Shown piece by piece: positions 1 through 8,052 of a stretch of 64,000 bases of DNA. Source of the stretch: Vulcanimicrobiota bacterium (lineage in GTDB: Bacteria > Vulcanimicrobiota > Vulcanimicrobiia > Eremiobacterales > Eremiobacteraceae); NCBI GenBank assembly GCA_963812135.1, contig CAWETU010000005.1, forward strand, positions 224,001 to 288,000. Reading direction: 5' to 3'. The position numbers and the translations under genes were made by a program. Numbering within the stretch: the first letter of the stretch is position 1; every line of letters starts with the position of its first letter. The notes beneath the pieces were generated by a model. The model did no database searches and was not told the origin of the DNA. It was given only the letters and a program-made list of their open reading frames with translations.

Positions 1-1626
1 CAAGCGGGTCGCGCGCAACACGCCGGCGATCATCTTGATGAAATGCGGCTCGGCGAATTGGCGCGGCGAGATGTTGACCGTCACGCGCGCAGGCGCGATA
101 CCTTGGCGTTGCCAGTTCTTCATCTGCTCGCATGCCGAACGCACGGCCCACGCCCCGATCGGCACCATAAGCCCCGCGTCTTCCGCGATCGACGTGAATT
201 CGTCGGGCAGACGCAGACCCAGCGTCGGATGCTTCCAGCGCAGCAGCGCTTCGGCGCCGACGATCTCGCCGCCGCGCAACGACGCGATCGGCTGATAGTG
301 GACCAGGAACTCTTCGCGGCGCAGCGCGTTGCGCAACTCGTTCTCGAGCGACAGCCGCTTGACCGCGACCGCGTGCATCTCGGGCGCGAAGAACTGAAAA
401 TTGTTGCCGCCGCGCTCTTTGGCTTTGTACATCGCCGTATCGGAATTGCGCAGCAGCGTCTCGACGTCGTGGCCGTCGGCCGGATACATGCTGATGCCGA
501 TGCTGGCCGTGGTGAACAGCTCGTGGCCTGAGACGACGTACGAACGGCCGGTCTCATTGACGATCTTCTGCGCGATCTTCATCGCGGCTTGGGAATTCGG
601 CAGATCGGTGAGCACGATGATGAACTCATCGCCGCCCAGGCGCGCGACGCAGTCCACGGCGCGCACGCTGCGCTTGAGCCGGCCGGCGACGGCCTTGAGC
701 AAAAGGTCGCCGATCGAGTGGCCCAGCGTGTCGTTCACGTTCTTGAAGCGGTCGAGATCGAGGAACAGCACGGCGGTCGGGCGCTTGTGGCGGTCCGAGT
801 ACGCGATCGCCTGGTTCAGGCGGTCGGTGAGCAGCGTGCGATTGGGCAGCTCGGTGAGCGAATCGTAGTGCGCGTGGCGCGCGAGCTGCTGCTCGGCCTC
901 TTTGCGCTCGGTGATATCGGTCATCGTGCCGACGCTGCGCAGCGGCGCGCCGTTGCGGTCGAAGAAGAAATCGCCCCGCTCTTGGACCCAGCGCACCGAG
1001 CCGTCACGCCGCAAGATGCGATGATCGATGGCAAACGGTTCGCGTAGGCGCTTGGACTCTTCGGTCGCGCGATGGACCGTCGCGGCATCATCAGGATGAT
1101 CGTACTGCGAGAACGGCACCGGCTTGTCGACGCCTTCGGTCAGGCCATAGATGCGATAGATCTCTTCTGACCACGTCACTTCGCCGCTCGCGAAATCCAT
1201 CGACCAGCTGCCGAGATGGGCGAGTTGCTGGGCTTCAGCCAGCGTTGCGCGGCTGTTCTTGAGCGCCTCTTCCGCGAGCATGCGGTCGGTGACGTCACGG
1301 AAACTCCAGACGCGTCCGATCGGCTCGCCGTCGATGCATTGCGGAATCGAATAGCGCTCGAAGACGCGCCCGTCGATGAACCGTAGAACGTCGAAGCTCT
1401 CGGATTTTGGATCGGCGTAGAGCTCGCGGATCTTGCTGACAAACGAATCGGGATTCTTGAGCTGGCGCAGCACGTGCGCGATCGCGCGATCGTCGTCGCG
1501 CGCTTCTAGGATCGGCTCCGGGAGGCGCCACATGTCGGCAAAACGCTTGTTGTAGCGGACGATCTTGCCGGTGCGGTCGACGACCAAAATGCCGTCGGCC
1601 GTCGCCTCAAGCGTGGCGAGCAGCAT
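1..1626 (-). CDS. PAS-PAS-GGDEF-EAL c-di-GMP enzyme (3' end beyond window start)
   Basis: Manual minus-strand translation gives MLLATLEATADGILVVD (PAS), RLGGDEF at about 622-642 and GAEALLRW at about 235-258. It is absent from the ORF track because it runs off the edge. The start may be ATT at 1659. Confidence 0.9.
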   Translation of the reverse strand, partial: MLLATLEATADGILVVDRTGKIVRYNKRFADMWRLPEPILEARDDDRAIAHVLRQLKNPDSFVSKIRELYADPKSESFDVLRFIDGRVFERYSIPQCIDGEPIGRVWSFRDVTDRMLAEEALKNSRATLAEAQQLAHLGSWSMDFASGEVTWSEEIYRIYGLTEGVDKPVPFSQYDHPDDAATVHRATEESKRLREPFAIDHRILRRDGSVRWVQERGDFFFDRNGAPLRSVGTMTDITERKEAEQQLARHAHYDSLTELPNRTLLTDRLNQAIAYSDRHKRPTAVLFLDLDRFKNVNDTLGHSIGDLLLKAVAGRLKRSVRAVDCVARLGGDEFIIVLTDLPNSQAAMKIAQKIVNETGRSYVVSGHELFTTASIGISMYPADGHDVETLLRNSDTAMYKAKERGGNNFQFFAPEMHAVAVKRLSLENELRNALRREEFLVHYQPIASLRGGEIVGAEALLRWKHPTLGLRLPDEFTSIAEDAGLMVPIGAWAVRSACEQMKNWQRQGIAPARVTVNISPRQFAEPHFIKMIAGVLRATRL

Positions 1627-1822
1627 TGACCGCTCAGCTGCCAGCGAGTTGGTCGAAATCGGTGCTCGCCTCCCTTCTATTACGGACTATCGTCCGTTCT
1701 TCTAAGCGTACGCCATCCATCGCGCAAGCAATGCGGGCACGCTTTCGGTGTAAGGCCCGTCACAGGGCCGGTTTGGGATGTCCTGGTTGTCAGGAGGGGG
1801 GAGCCGGCCCAGCCCGGAAAAC

Positions 1823-1842
1823 TACAATCGAACGTATGTTCG
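1823..1842 (+). promoter_or_regulatory. -10 box (TACAAT) plus Gram-positive-type LexA (SOS) box
   Basis: TACAAT at 1823-1828 is immediately followed by CGAACGTATGTTCG at 1829-1842, an exact match to CGAACRNRYGTTCG. Confidence 0.7.
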
Positions 1843-2183
1843 CACGGCATCCGGTCATCACGGTCACCACGTTCGTCGAGCCATTCGGCGAGGACGACGT
1901 CGGCAACGCTCTCTTCTTAATACGCAAGCACGTGCGATTCGGCCGCCGCCTTCATATCATCGATCTCGATGGACTGCGCGCCTTCTCATCAGACGTGCGC
2001 CGGGCGCTCGATCTGTCGGTGCAGTGGGTCCGTCAGTACAACGGCGACATCCGGCTGGTCTGCTCGCAGCTATCTATGCGACGCGCGCTGGAGCAATCGG
2101 GCTACGATCGGTTCGTCGATGTTCACCCCAGCGTTGCGGATGCCATCGGCGCGTTTCGCGAACAAACCACAAAAGCAGGCTAA
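1836..2183 (+). CDS. STAS-domain protein (anti-sigma factor antagonist-like)
   Basis: 115 aa from ATG 1836. IIDLDGLRAFSS...GDIRLV...RRALEQSGYDRFVDVHPSVADAI matches the STAS pattern. Confidence 0.75.
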   Translation: MFARHPVITVTTFVEPFGEDDVGNALFLIRKHVRFGRRLHIIDLDGLRAFSSDVRRALDLSVQWVRQYNGDIRLVCSQLSMRRALEQSGYDRFVDVHPSVADAIGAFREQTTKAG

Positions 2184-2746
2184 GAAGATTTCGCGGTCAA
2201 CCCGCACTTGACCGTCGAATCCCACGGTCGACCATAGTTGCCGTTAGGGTAATGAGCCACCATCGTCTCGACCAGCGACGTCAACGAGGGTTGTTCGTCG
2301 GCGGATTTGCCTAGTTTGACGTGCTCCACGAAATCGAGCGTGATGGATACTGGAACGGTCCCCATCGCCAAATGCACGTTCGCATTGTCCAACTCCCCGT
2401 GGACTTCAACTGTCGCGATGCCGTTCGCGACGCTGACGACCGATGCGCCTACTGGAACGGTCACGCTCTGATCGACAATCAGCACGTTGGCGGTGGATTG
2501 CCACTTGCTGGTCACCTCTAGACCCGGACTGTCCGCGATGACGTGGCGGCCGGCGCGCAGCGCAAAGCCAAGAGTATTGCCCCCCGCAGGCGCGTAATCG
2601 GCGTCGAAGTCGCCGTCCGACTTCGCGGTGGTCGTGAAGACGCCTGACGTCTGTAAAGTCTGCGGTTTGCATTCGCAGTAGAACGTCGCGTCGTATTGGG
2701 CCGGGGCGACCTGCAGAACAAGCGCGCTAAGTGCTGCTATCAACAT
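2180..2746 (-). CDS. Secreted hypothetical protein
   Basis: 188 aa with an N-terminal signal peptide and a beta-rich body. Confidence 0.7.
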   Translation of the reverse strand: MLIAALSALVLQVAPAQYDATFYCECKPQTLQTSGVFTTTAKSDGDFDADYAPAGGNTLGFALRAGRHVIADSPGLEVTSKWQSTANVLIVDQSVTVPVGASVVSVANGIATVEVHGELDNANVHLAMGTVPVSITLDFVEHVKLGKSADEQPSLTSLVETMVAHYPNGNYGRPWDSTVKCGLTAKSS

Positions 2747-2782
2747 GCGATTCCTTCTTGGCCCAGCCCGCCACTTTTCCAG

Positions 2783-4579
2783 TCACGCGGGCTGGATCTG
2801 CGCGTTCGCCAGCTGGGCGTGCAACGACTCGACCTCACGTCGAATCGAGTCGACTTCCCGCTTCATCGACTCGGCGTCGAGATGATCGTACGCAGCGCCC
2901 GCACCTGGCGCGAGACTGGCGATGGTCTTTATCTCGTCCGGATCGAGGCCCTCGCCGTGGATGTGGGAGCCGTAGAACGTTACCGCGGCAAGTTCACGCC
3001 GGACGATGATAGGCATCGCGAGCACCGGACGAGCCGGCCCCGAAGGGACGCTCTCGGTACGCCACGGGTGGTCGTACAGCGACACCGGCCCTTTCTCCGC
3101 TTGCAAGAGCATCAGTAAATGACCGTCCATCTCGTCCAGTCTGTCGATGTCGCCGGCATTCCATCCCTCGGCAGCTTCGCGGATGTACGCGCCATCCTTA
3201 TCGCGATGGAAAAGGGCGGCGGATGCAAGCTCGAGCGCGCGAACCGGCTCCTTGATCAATGCCTGGGCCACGTTCTGCGCCGTTGTGGCAAACGGCAATG
3301 CCGCAGCGTTTCTCGCGAGCTGGACTTCGGCCCGATGACGCTGGCGGAAAAACGTCGCGTCGATCAATGAATCCACGCGTTTGTGCAAACCATTGAACCA
3401 CAGCCCGAATGCGACGACCGCGCCGACCTCTGCGATCGTCCCCAGTCGAGCCAACCGTAGATAGTCGCTGAAGAACCAGTCAATGACGGAAAAGGCCGCG
3501 ACGAGCAGCGTTGTCAAAACGCCGTAGACCAGCGTGCGGCTCACGACAAAGCTCACGTCTATGACGCGATGCTTGATGACCGCATAGGCGACGGTCAGCG
3601 GCACGATGATGCTCGATAGTTGCAACACGTGTGCGAGCCAGATGGGCTCGCTGGGCATGTACACGCCGAGGAAGACGAACACGAACTGTAAGACGAGGTT
3701 GAGACCGAACCCGACGACCACCCACCGTATGCGCTGCCGGTCTTCGCCGCGAGCACGGATATACGTGTCCACGAACAAGTACATCACGATGAGCGACCAC
3801 ACCGCAGGTATTGCGACGTAGATGCGCAGGAACAGCTCCCCGGGTGGCCCGCCGACCCAGCCCCAATGATACGTGAAGTAAACCCCAAAGATGCACAGCG
3901 CAGCGAAAAGCCACGGCATCGTTCGGAGTGCCGACCAGCGCCATCCCTTGATCGGCTCGTTGAGAAAGCACAGCGCAAAAACGAGTAAGCCGACGACCCC
4001 TGCACTGTAAAGAATCCAATAGAGCGAATATGCCACGTACGGCCAAGGGGACGGGTAGAGAAGCGTCGCCGTGAAAAACGTGAAGGGAGCGTTCGCGAGG
4101 CAATACAGGAAAAAACCCCACGTCATCAGGCTCGGGCGCAACAACACGAGCGCTGCTCCGAGCACGATGTAGAGCACAGCGACGCCGAGCACCGCGATCC
4201 GATAGGCAACATAGTAGTGCTCGGTGACCTGCGGAGTCGACGTCAGCGTGACGTTGCGTAGAACACCATCGTGCTTGAGTCCGAACGTGACGCGTTGACC
4301 GGCCGCCAACGTGCCCGCCTGAGCCGCGTACCACCGGTCTTGCGCCGGCGTCGACTGAAAGTCGATGGTGTCACCGACCTGCATCCCAGCCTTCGCAGCA
4401 GGCGACCCGTCCTGGATATAATTCACCACGTCGTTGCCGTCTGCCGCGTAGCCGAAATCGCCGGACGGGATCCAAATCCGTCGAAAATCCAATCCCCCAG
4501 CGACAAGGACGATCAGCGACAGCGCCACGACGACGAACGTCCGTAGTGCTGCTCGGTTCGATGGGCTCTCCGTGGACAT
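2783..4579 (-). CDS. PDZ + multi-TM + GAF membrane protein with no output domain
   Basis: GSPAAKAGMQVGDTI (PDZ-like), multiple TM helices, AYAVIKHRVIDV, a GAF-like C-terminus and a short coiled coil. Confidence 0.85.
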   Translation of the reverse strand: MSTESPSNRAALRTFVVVALSLIVLVAGGLDFRRIWIPSGDFGYAADGNDVVNYIQDGSPAAKAGMQVGDTIDFQSTPAQDRWYAAQAGTLAAGQRVTFGLKHDGVLRNVTLTSTPQVTEHYYVAYRIAVLGVAVLYIVLGAALVLLRPSLMTWGFFLYCLANAPFTFFTATLLYPSPWPYVAYSLYWILYSAGVVGLLVFALCFLNEPIKGWRWSALRTMPWLFAALCIFGVYFTYHWGWVGGPPGELFLRIYVAIPAVWSLIVMYLFVDTYIRARGEDRQRIRWVVVGFGLNLVLQFVFVFLGVYMPSEPIWLAHVLQLSSIIVPLTVAYAVIKHRVIDVSFVVSRTLVYGVLTTLLVAAFSVIDWFFSDYLRLARLGTIAEVGAVVAFGLWFNGLHKRVDSLIDATFFRQRHRAEVQLARNAAALPFATTAQNVAQALIKEPVRALELASAALFHRDKDGAYIREAAEGWNAGDIDRLDEMDGHLLMLLQAEKGPVSLYDHPWRTESVPSGPARPVLAMPIIVRRELAAVTFYGSHIHGEGLDPDEIKTIASLAPGAGAAYDHLDAESMKREVDSIRREVESLHAQLANAQIQPA

Positions 4580-4636
4580 GCGCTAATCCTACACTTTGCC
4601 TAGACGGCATCGCTCAGGGGACGATGGAGAAAACCA

Positions 4637-4709
4637 AGCCGACGGTCAGGCTCGAACTGACGACCTGCGGTTTACGAAACCGCTGCTCTACCGGCTGAGC
4701 TACGTCGGC
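4637..4709 (-). tRNA. tRNA-Thr (anticodon CGT), CCA not encoded
   Basis: GCCGACGTAGCTCAGCCGGTAGAGCAGCGGTTTCGTAAACCGCAGGTCGTCAGTTCGAGCCTGACCGTCGGCT folds as a full cloverleaf with a GTTCGAG T-loop. Confidence 0.95.
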
Positions 4710-4784
4710 GTGTTGGTTATAATGCGCATTGCGTAAGGCTTTGCGCCTGGAGTGCCATTCTTAACCTTGGTCTATTTGGCCGCC

Positions 4785-4804
4785 GTGGTCACGAGGTGGT
4801 CACG
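4785..4804. repeat. Tandem 9-bp direct repeat GTGGTCACG (putative integrase arm-type sites)
   Basis: GTGGTCACG occurs at 4785-4793 and 4796-4804, between the att core and the integrase end. Confidence 0.5.
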
Positions 4805-4837
4805 GACGCCTTCAAAACCAACTCGAAACCCATTTTC

Positions 4838-5011
4838 TCAAGGGCCCCAGGACGCGCCTGCTAGCGCCTGTTGCAAGGCCTTAGCAGCTGTGTCCTCAGC
4901 CGAAGGTAGTTGATGGCCGTATACGCGCATCAGCATGGCCGTGTCGTGCCCCAAGATTGCGGCCAGCGTAGTGATCGGTACTTCCGCTCTCAACGCTAAA
5001 CTCGCGAACAT
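4838..5011 (-). pseudogene. Tyrosine recombinase/integrase C-terminal remnant
   Basis: MFASLALRAEVPITTLAAILGHDTAMLMRVYGHQLPS... contains the box II LGH and catalytic Tyr (YGH). The upstream HxLRH motif and N-terminal domains are missing. Confidence 0.8.
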
Positions 5012-5099
5012 GCTTGCCTCTCGTTTGCGTTGTACTATCTAGCCTCTGCTCCGGGTAGCGTGACGGCAGATCAGAACCCCGTTGTTTGAGTCGGCGGCA

Positions 5100-5373
5100 T
5101 CACTCGGTCGTGCGGCTCAGACCCCTGCCGGAAAAATAGACCGCCCAGACTCCGCCGATCGCCACCGCCGTCAGAGCGATCTTGCGCCCGATGAACCAAC
5201 GATATTCCTGTCTTAGAAGCAACGTTGGTGCCTCGTCCAGTTTTACGTTCTTGAATAGAACTCCATACGGCCCGGCCTTAGCCACTGCTTCTATGAACTT
5301 GCGGTATAGCTTTGCGAGCTCTCCGTTGCTCAGTTGTCGCTTTGTTTCGGCATTGATAGCCGCTGTGCGATTG
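5100..5373 (-). pseudogene. Headless ORF fragment with C-terminal TM segment
   Basis: A lower-GC open frame (...INAETKRQLSNGELAKLYRKF...IALTAVAIGGVWAVYFS) has no start codon outside the SDR gene. Confidence 0.4.
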
Positions 5374-6345
5374 TTAAACGCAAAGCGATGGTGCAGGATG
5401 AGAAAAGTCGACGCCGGAGACCTTGACGACGGCCTGCCACGCGGCTTCCTGGTTGGCGCGATCGTGCAAGTGTGGGTGGCGCATCGCCTCAATTGGGCCG
5501 GTGAGCTTCTTGGGCGCCGAGGCGAAGAATTGCCCCGAGAGGTCGGTTCCGAACTCCGATGCCTGGAGGTAGCGACGAGCCGCGGTCTCAGGAGTATGAG
5601 ACATGCCGGGAATGAGCTTCATCAGCGGAATCATCAGCCACTTCAGGGCCGGCCCAGCGTTTCGCACGGCCTTGGTGTCGGGCGCGCTACCGGGCGAGAC
5701 AGCGTACACGGCCATGCCGGAGGGTAGTCGGCGCGCCAGCGCCGCCGCCCACCAAGCAATGATGAGCTTCGCGTCGGCATACGCCCGGTTGGGCTCGTAC
5801 TTCACGTTCGGCCCGCTGCGCAGCAGGGCTTCCACCGCGGCGCTCCGGTCGCCGTGGTATTTCGTGACCGCAAGGGCCGCCACGTCGGTGTAGCTGAACA
5901 GAGGGACGTCCCCACGGGCCGCTTCCGAGCCGGTGATAACAATCCGCGCGTTGGGACTCAGCAGGTTGGCGCGGAGCAACCCGACGGTCAGTTGATGATG
6001 GCCGATGAGCGGGGCCTGAGCCGCCTCGACGCCCGCCGTAGTGAGCACGCGCGCCTTGCCACCGACCATCCCGGCATTGAGCAGTAGGAAATCGATCGGC
6101 TGATCTCGCTTGACGAGCTCGGCGAGGGCGGACTGAACGCTGGATGGCGAGTCCAGATCCAGCTCTAACGGTGTGAAAACCCGCGTCTTGGTCTCAGCTG
6201 CGAGCTCAGCGGACGTTTCCTGTACCCGGGCCAGGCTGCGCCCGGTGACGATGACCTCGCGGTAGCCCTCGGCGGCTAGCATGCGGGCTGCCGCATGCCC
6301 AAGCCCGGAGGTAGTGCCGGTGACGAGAGCGATCAAATGCTTCAT
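5374..6345 (-). CDS. Short-chain dehydrogenase/reductase (SDR)
   Basis: MKHLIALVTGTTSGLG (TGxxxGxG), LLNAG and YADAK (YxxxK). Start taken at ATG 6345. Confidence 0.92.
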   Translation of the reverse strand: MKHLIALVTGTTSGLGHAAARMLAAEGYREVIVTGRSLARVQETSAELAAETKTRVFTPLELDLDSPSSVQSALAELVKRDQPIDFLLLNAGMVGGKARVLTTAGVEAAQAPLIGHHQLTVGLLRANLLSPNARIVITGSEAARGDVPLFSYTDVAALAVTKYHGDRSAAVEALLRSGPNVKYEPNRAYADAKLIIAWWAAALARRLPSGMAVYAVSPGSAPDTKAVRNAGPALKWLMIPLMKLIPGMSHTPETAARRYLQASEFGTDLSGQFFASAPKKLTGPIEAMRHPHLHDRANQEAAWQAVVKVSGVDFSHPAPSLCV

Positions 6346-6473
6346 AAGTTGCTCCGTGGTGAAGAGGTAGGTCGAACCGGGAGTCCCCGCACGCCAGGGC
6401 ATCTTGCCAATTTCGAACCTTTCCGTATAATAATAATGGATTGGATGACCAAGGGCAAGGAGTTTCGAACTAA

Positions 6474-7106
6474 ATGATTCAAAATACCGCCAGGCCACGT
6501 GGACGACCGCGTAGCTTCGACGAGAGGGACGCGCTGGAAAAAGCGACCCAGGTGTTCTGGTTGAAAGGCTACGACGGAGTGACGATCGACGATCTCGTCG
6601 CCGGGATGGGAGTCGGGCGGCCGAGTCTGTATTCAGTTTTTGGGTCCAAGCGGAAGATATTCTTGCGTGTCCTCCATGCGTACGCCGAGAGGAAGGGCGC
6701 TCTCGCCGCGAAGGCACTCCTCGCGCCGCAGGCTCTGCGCGACTCGCTCGCAAGCTTTCTGAGGTACGCTGTCGCAAGCGCGACCGAGAAAGGGTCCGCC
6801 CGGGGCTGCCTTCTGGAGTGCGTCGCGCCGCTTGTGAACGACGCTGAGGTTCGGCGGTTCCTGCAGAGCACGGTCGCGGGCGCCGCGGCGCTGGTGGAGC
6901 GCCGTTTCCGGGACGGGATCTGCGCGGGAGACATCCCGTCTGACTTTCCGGTAGCCGCGCGCGCGATCCAAGTCACGGATTTTGCTCGTGGCCTGACCAT
7001 GCGTGCGCGGATAGGCACGCCGCGCAAGACGCTCCTCAAAGATGCTGAGGAAGCGGCCGATTTGGTGCTCCTGCCATGGCGTCGAAATGCGGCGTCAGGG
7101 CATTGA
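6474..7106 (+). CDS. TetR/AcrR-family transcriptional regulator
   Basis: RGRPRSFDE...FWLKGYDGVTIDDLVAGMGVGRPSLYSVFGSK helix-turn-helix. Divergent from the SDR. Confidence 0.95.
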   Translation: MIQNTARPRGRPRSFDERDALEKATQVFWLKGYDGVTIDDLVAGMGVGRPSLYSVFGSKRKIFLRVLHAYAERKGALAAKALLAPQALRDSLASFLRYAVASATEKGSARGCLLECVAPLVNDAEVRRFLQSTVAGAAALVERRFRDGICAGDIPSDFPVAARAIQVTDFARGLTMRARIGTPRKTLLKDAEEAADLVLLPWRRNAASGH

Positions 7107-7202
7107 CGCTGGATGGTGAGAGCGACCCGCGAGCCGCCGAGTCGCCATGTGCGATCCTACACTTTGCCAAAACGCAATCGCGCCAGATCGAAGCGAGAAT
7201 TC

Positions 7203-7237
7203 CGAAACCGCTGCTCTACCGGCTGAGCTACGTCGGC
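7203..7237 (-). repeat. tRNA-Thr 5'-half fragment (att-site copy)
   Basis: Identical to tRNA nucleotides 1-35 (4675-4709) and ends inside the anticodon. Confidence 0.9.
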
Positions 7238-7298
7238 ACGCTATCTGCGGGGCAAATCGCGAACCGTCATTTTCTCAAAGGCCTTTCGCCGCGCCTCG

Positions 7299-7862
7299 CT
7301 AGCCGCTGGTCTCCGCGAGTTCCGGCCACGTGACATCGATCCGCAGTCGTGGTACGCCTTTGGGGTATGCCCCTTCCGCATGTTGCGCATTCCATTCGCG
7401 CGCGCGGACCACCAGATATTCAAAATTCTCCCACACGACAGGACCAGATCGGCTGCGCACGAGTGGAACGATGCCCTCAATGATTTCCCACGCTTGTGTG
7501 ACCCGAAATGAATAGACATCGAGCAGCGACTCTTCGGGGATGAGGTTGTGCTTCACAAGGCTGCCGACCCAATCGTACGAGTTCGCGAGGTTTAACCAGG
7601 CGTTGTTCTTGCGATCAAACGTCCCATCCAAGATCGCACGCCGGTACGCTGGATCGGGAAGACGGTCCGCGACCACCTGTCTCGCATTATCCACCCATTC
7701 GTTGAATTGCGGATCTTCGACGCGCGCCAAGACAGTGAGCAAACCCGTGAGCTGGTTTTGCGCCCGGAGGTGACGCAGCTGCACGACGGCTGCGACGGCG
7801 GTAGCCGCGATCACGATGAAGGTTCCGATGGCGGCTGCCGTAGCTAATGTCTCTTGCGACAT
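7299..7862 (-). CDS. DUF4760-like protein with N-terminal TM anchor
   Basis: IGTFIVIAATAVAAVVQLRHLR...WENFEYL...YPKG. Paralog of 58411-58980. GGGAG RBS. Confidence 0.8.
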   Translation of the reverse strand: MSQETLATAAAIGTFIVIAATAVAAVVQLRHLRAQNQLTGLLTVLARVEDPQFNEWVDNARQVVADRLPDPAYRRAILDGTFDRKNNAWLNLANSYDWVGSLVKHNLIPEESLLDVYSFRVTQAWEIIEGIVPLVRSRSGPVVWENFEYLVVRAREWNAQHAEGAYPKGVPRLRIDVTWPELAETSG

Positions 7863-8052
7863 GATATATTCTCCCGCTTTGTAAGAGCGCTGGGCTGCGA
7901 ACGAGAAACACGATGGCGATCAATCCTGCGCTTGAGGAGCCATCGCTTCGAGATGCTCGGGGATTCGAGCGCGTCCGAGGAGACCCTGTACGAGCGGCGT
8001 CGCATCGGTGGCGGGTGAATGCGTCGCGGTGCGCCAAGCGTCCGGCCGAACG

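Larger units (their letters stand above)
4675..7237. mobile_element. Decayed tRNA-Thr-integrated element (tyrosine integrase remnant, SDR/TetR cargo)
   Basis: A 35-bp exact direct repeat (4675-4709 = 7203-7237) brackets an integrase C-terminal fragment and cargo genes. Confidence 0.75.

Noticed and set aside
7203..7237. Second tRNA gene or split tRNA
   Set aside because: Only the 5' 35 nt are present with no matching separate 3' half. An att-site duplication explains it better.
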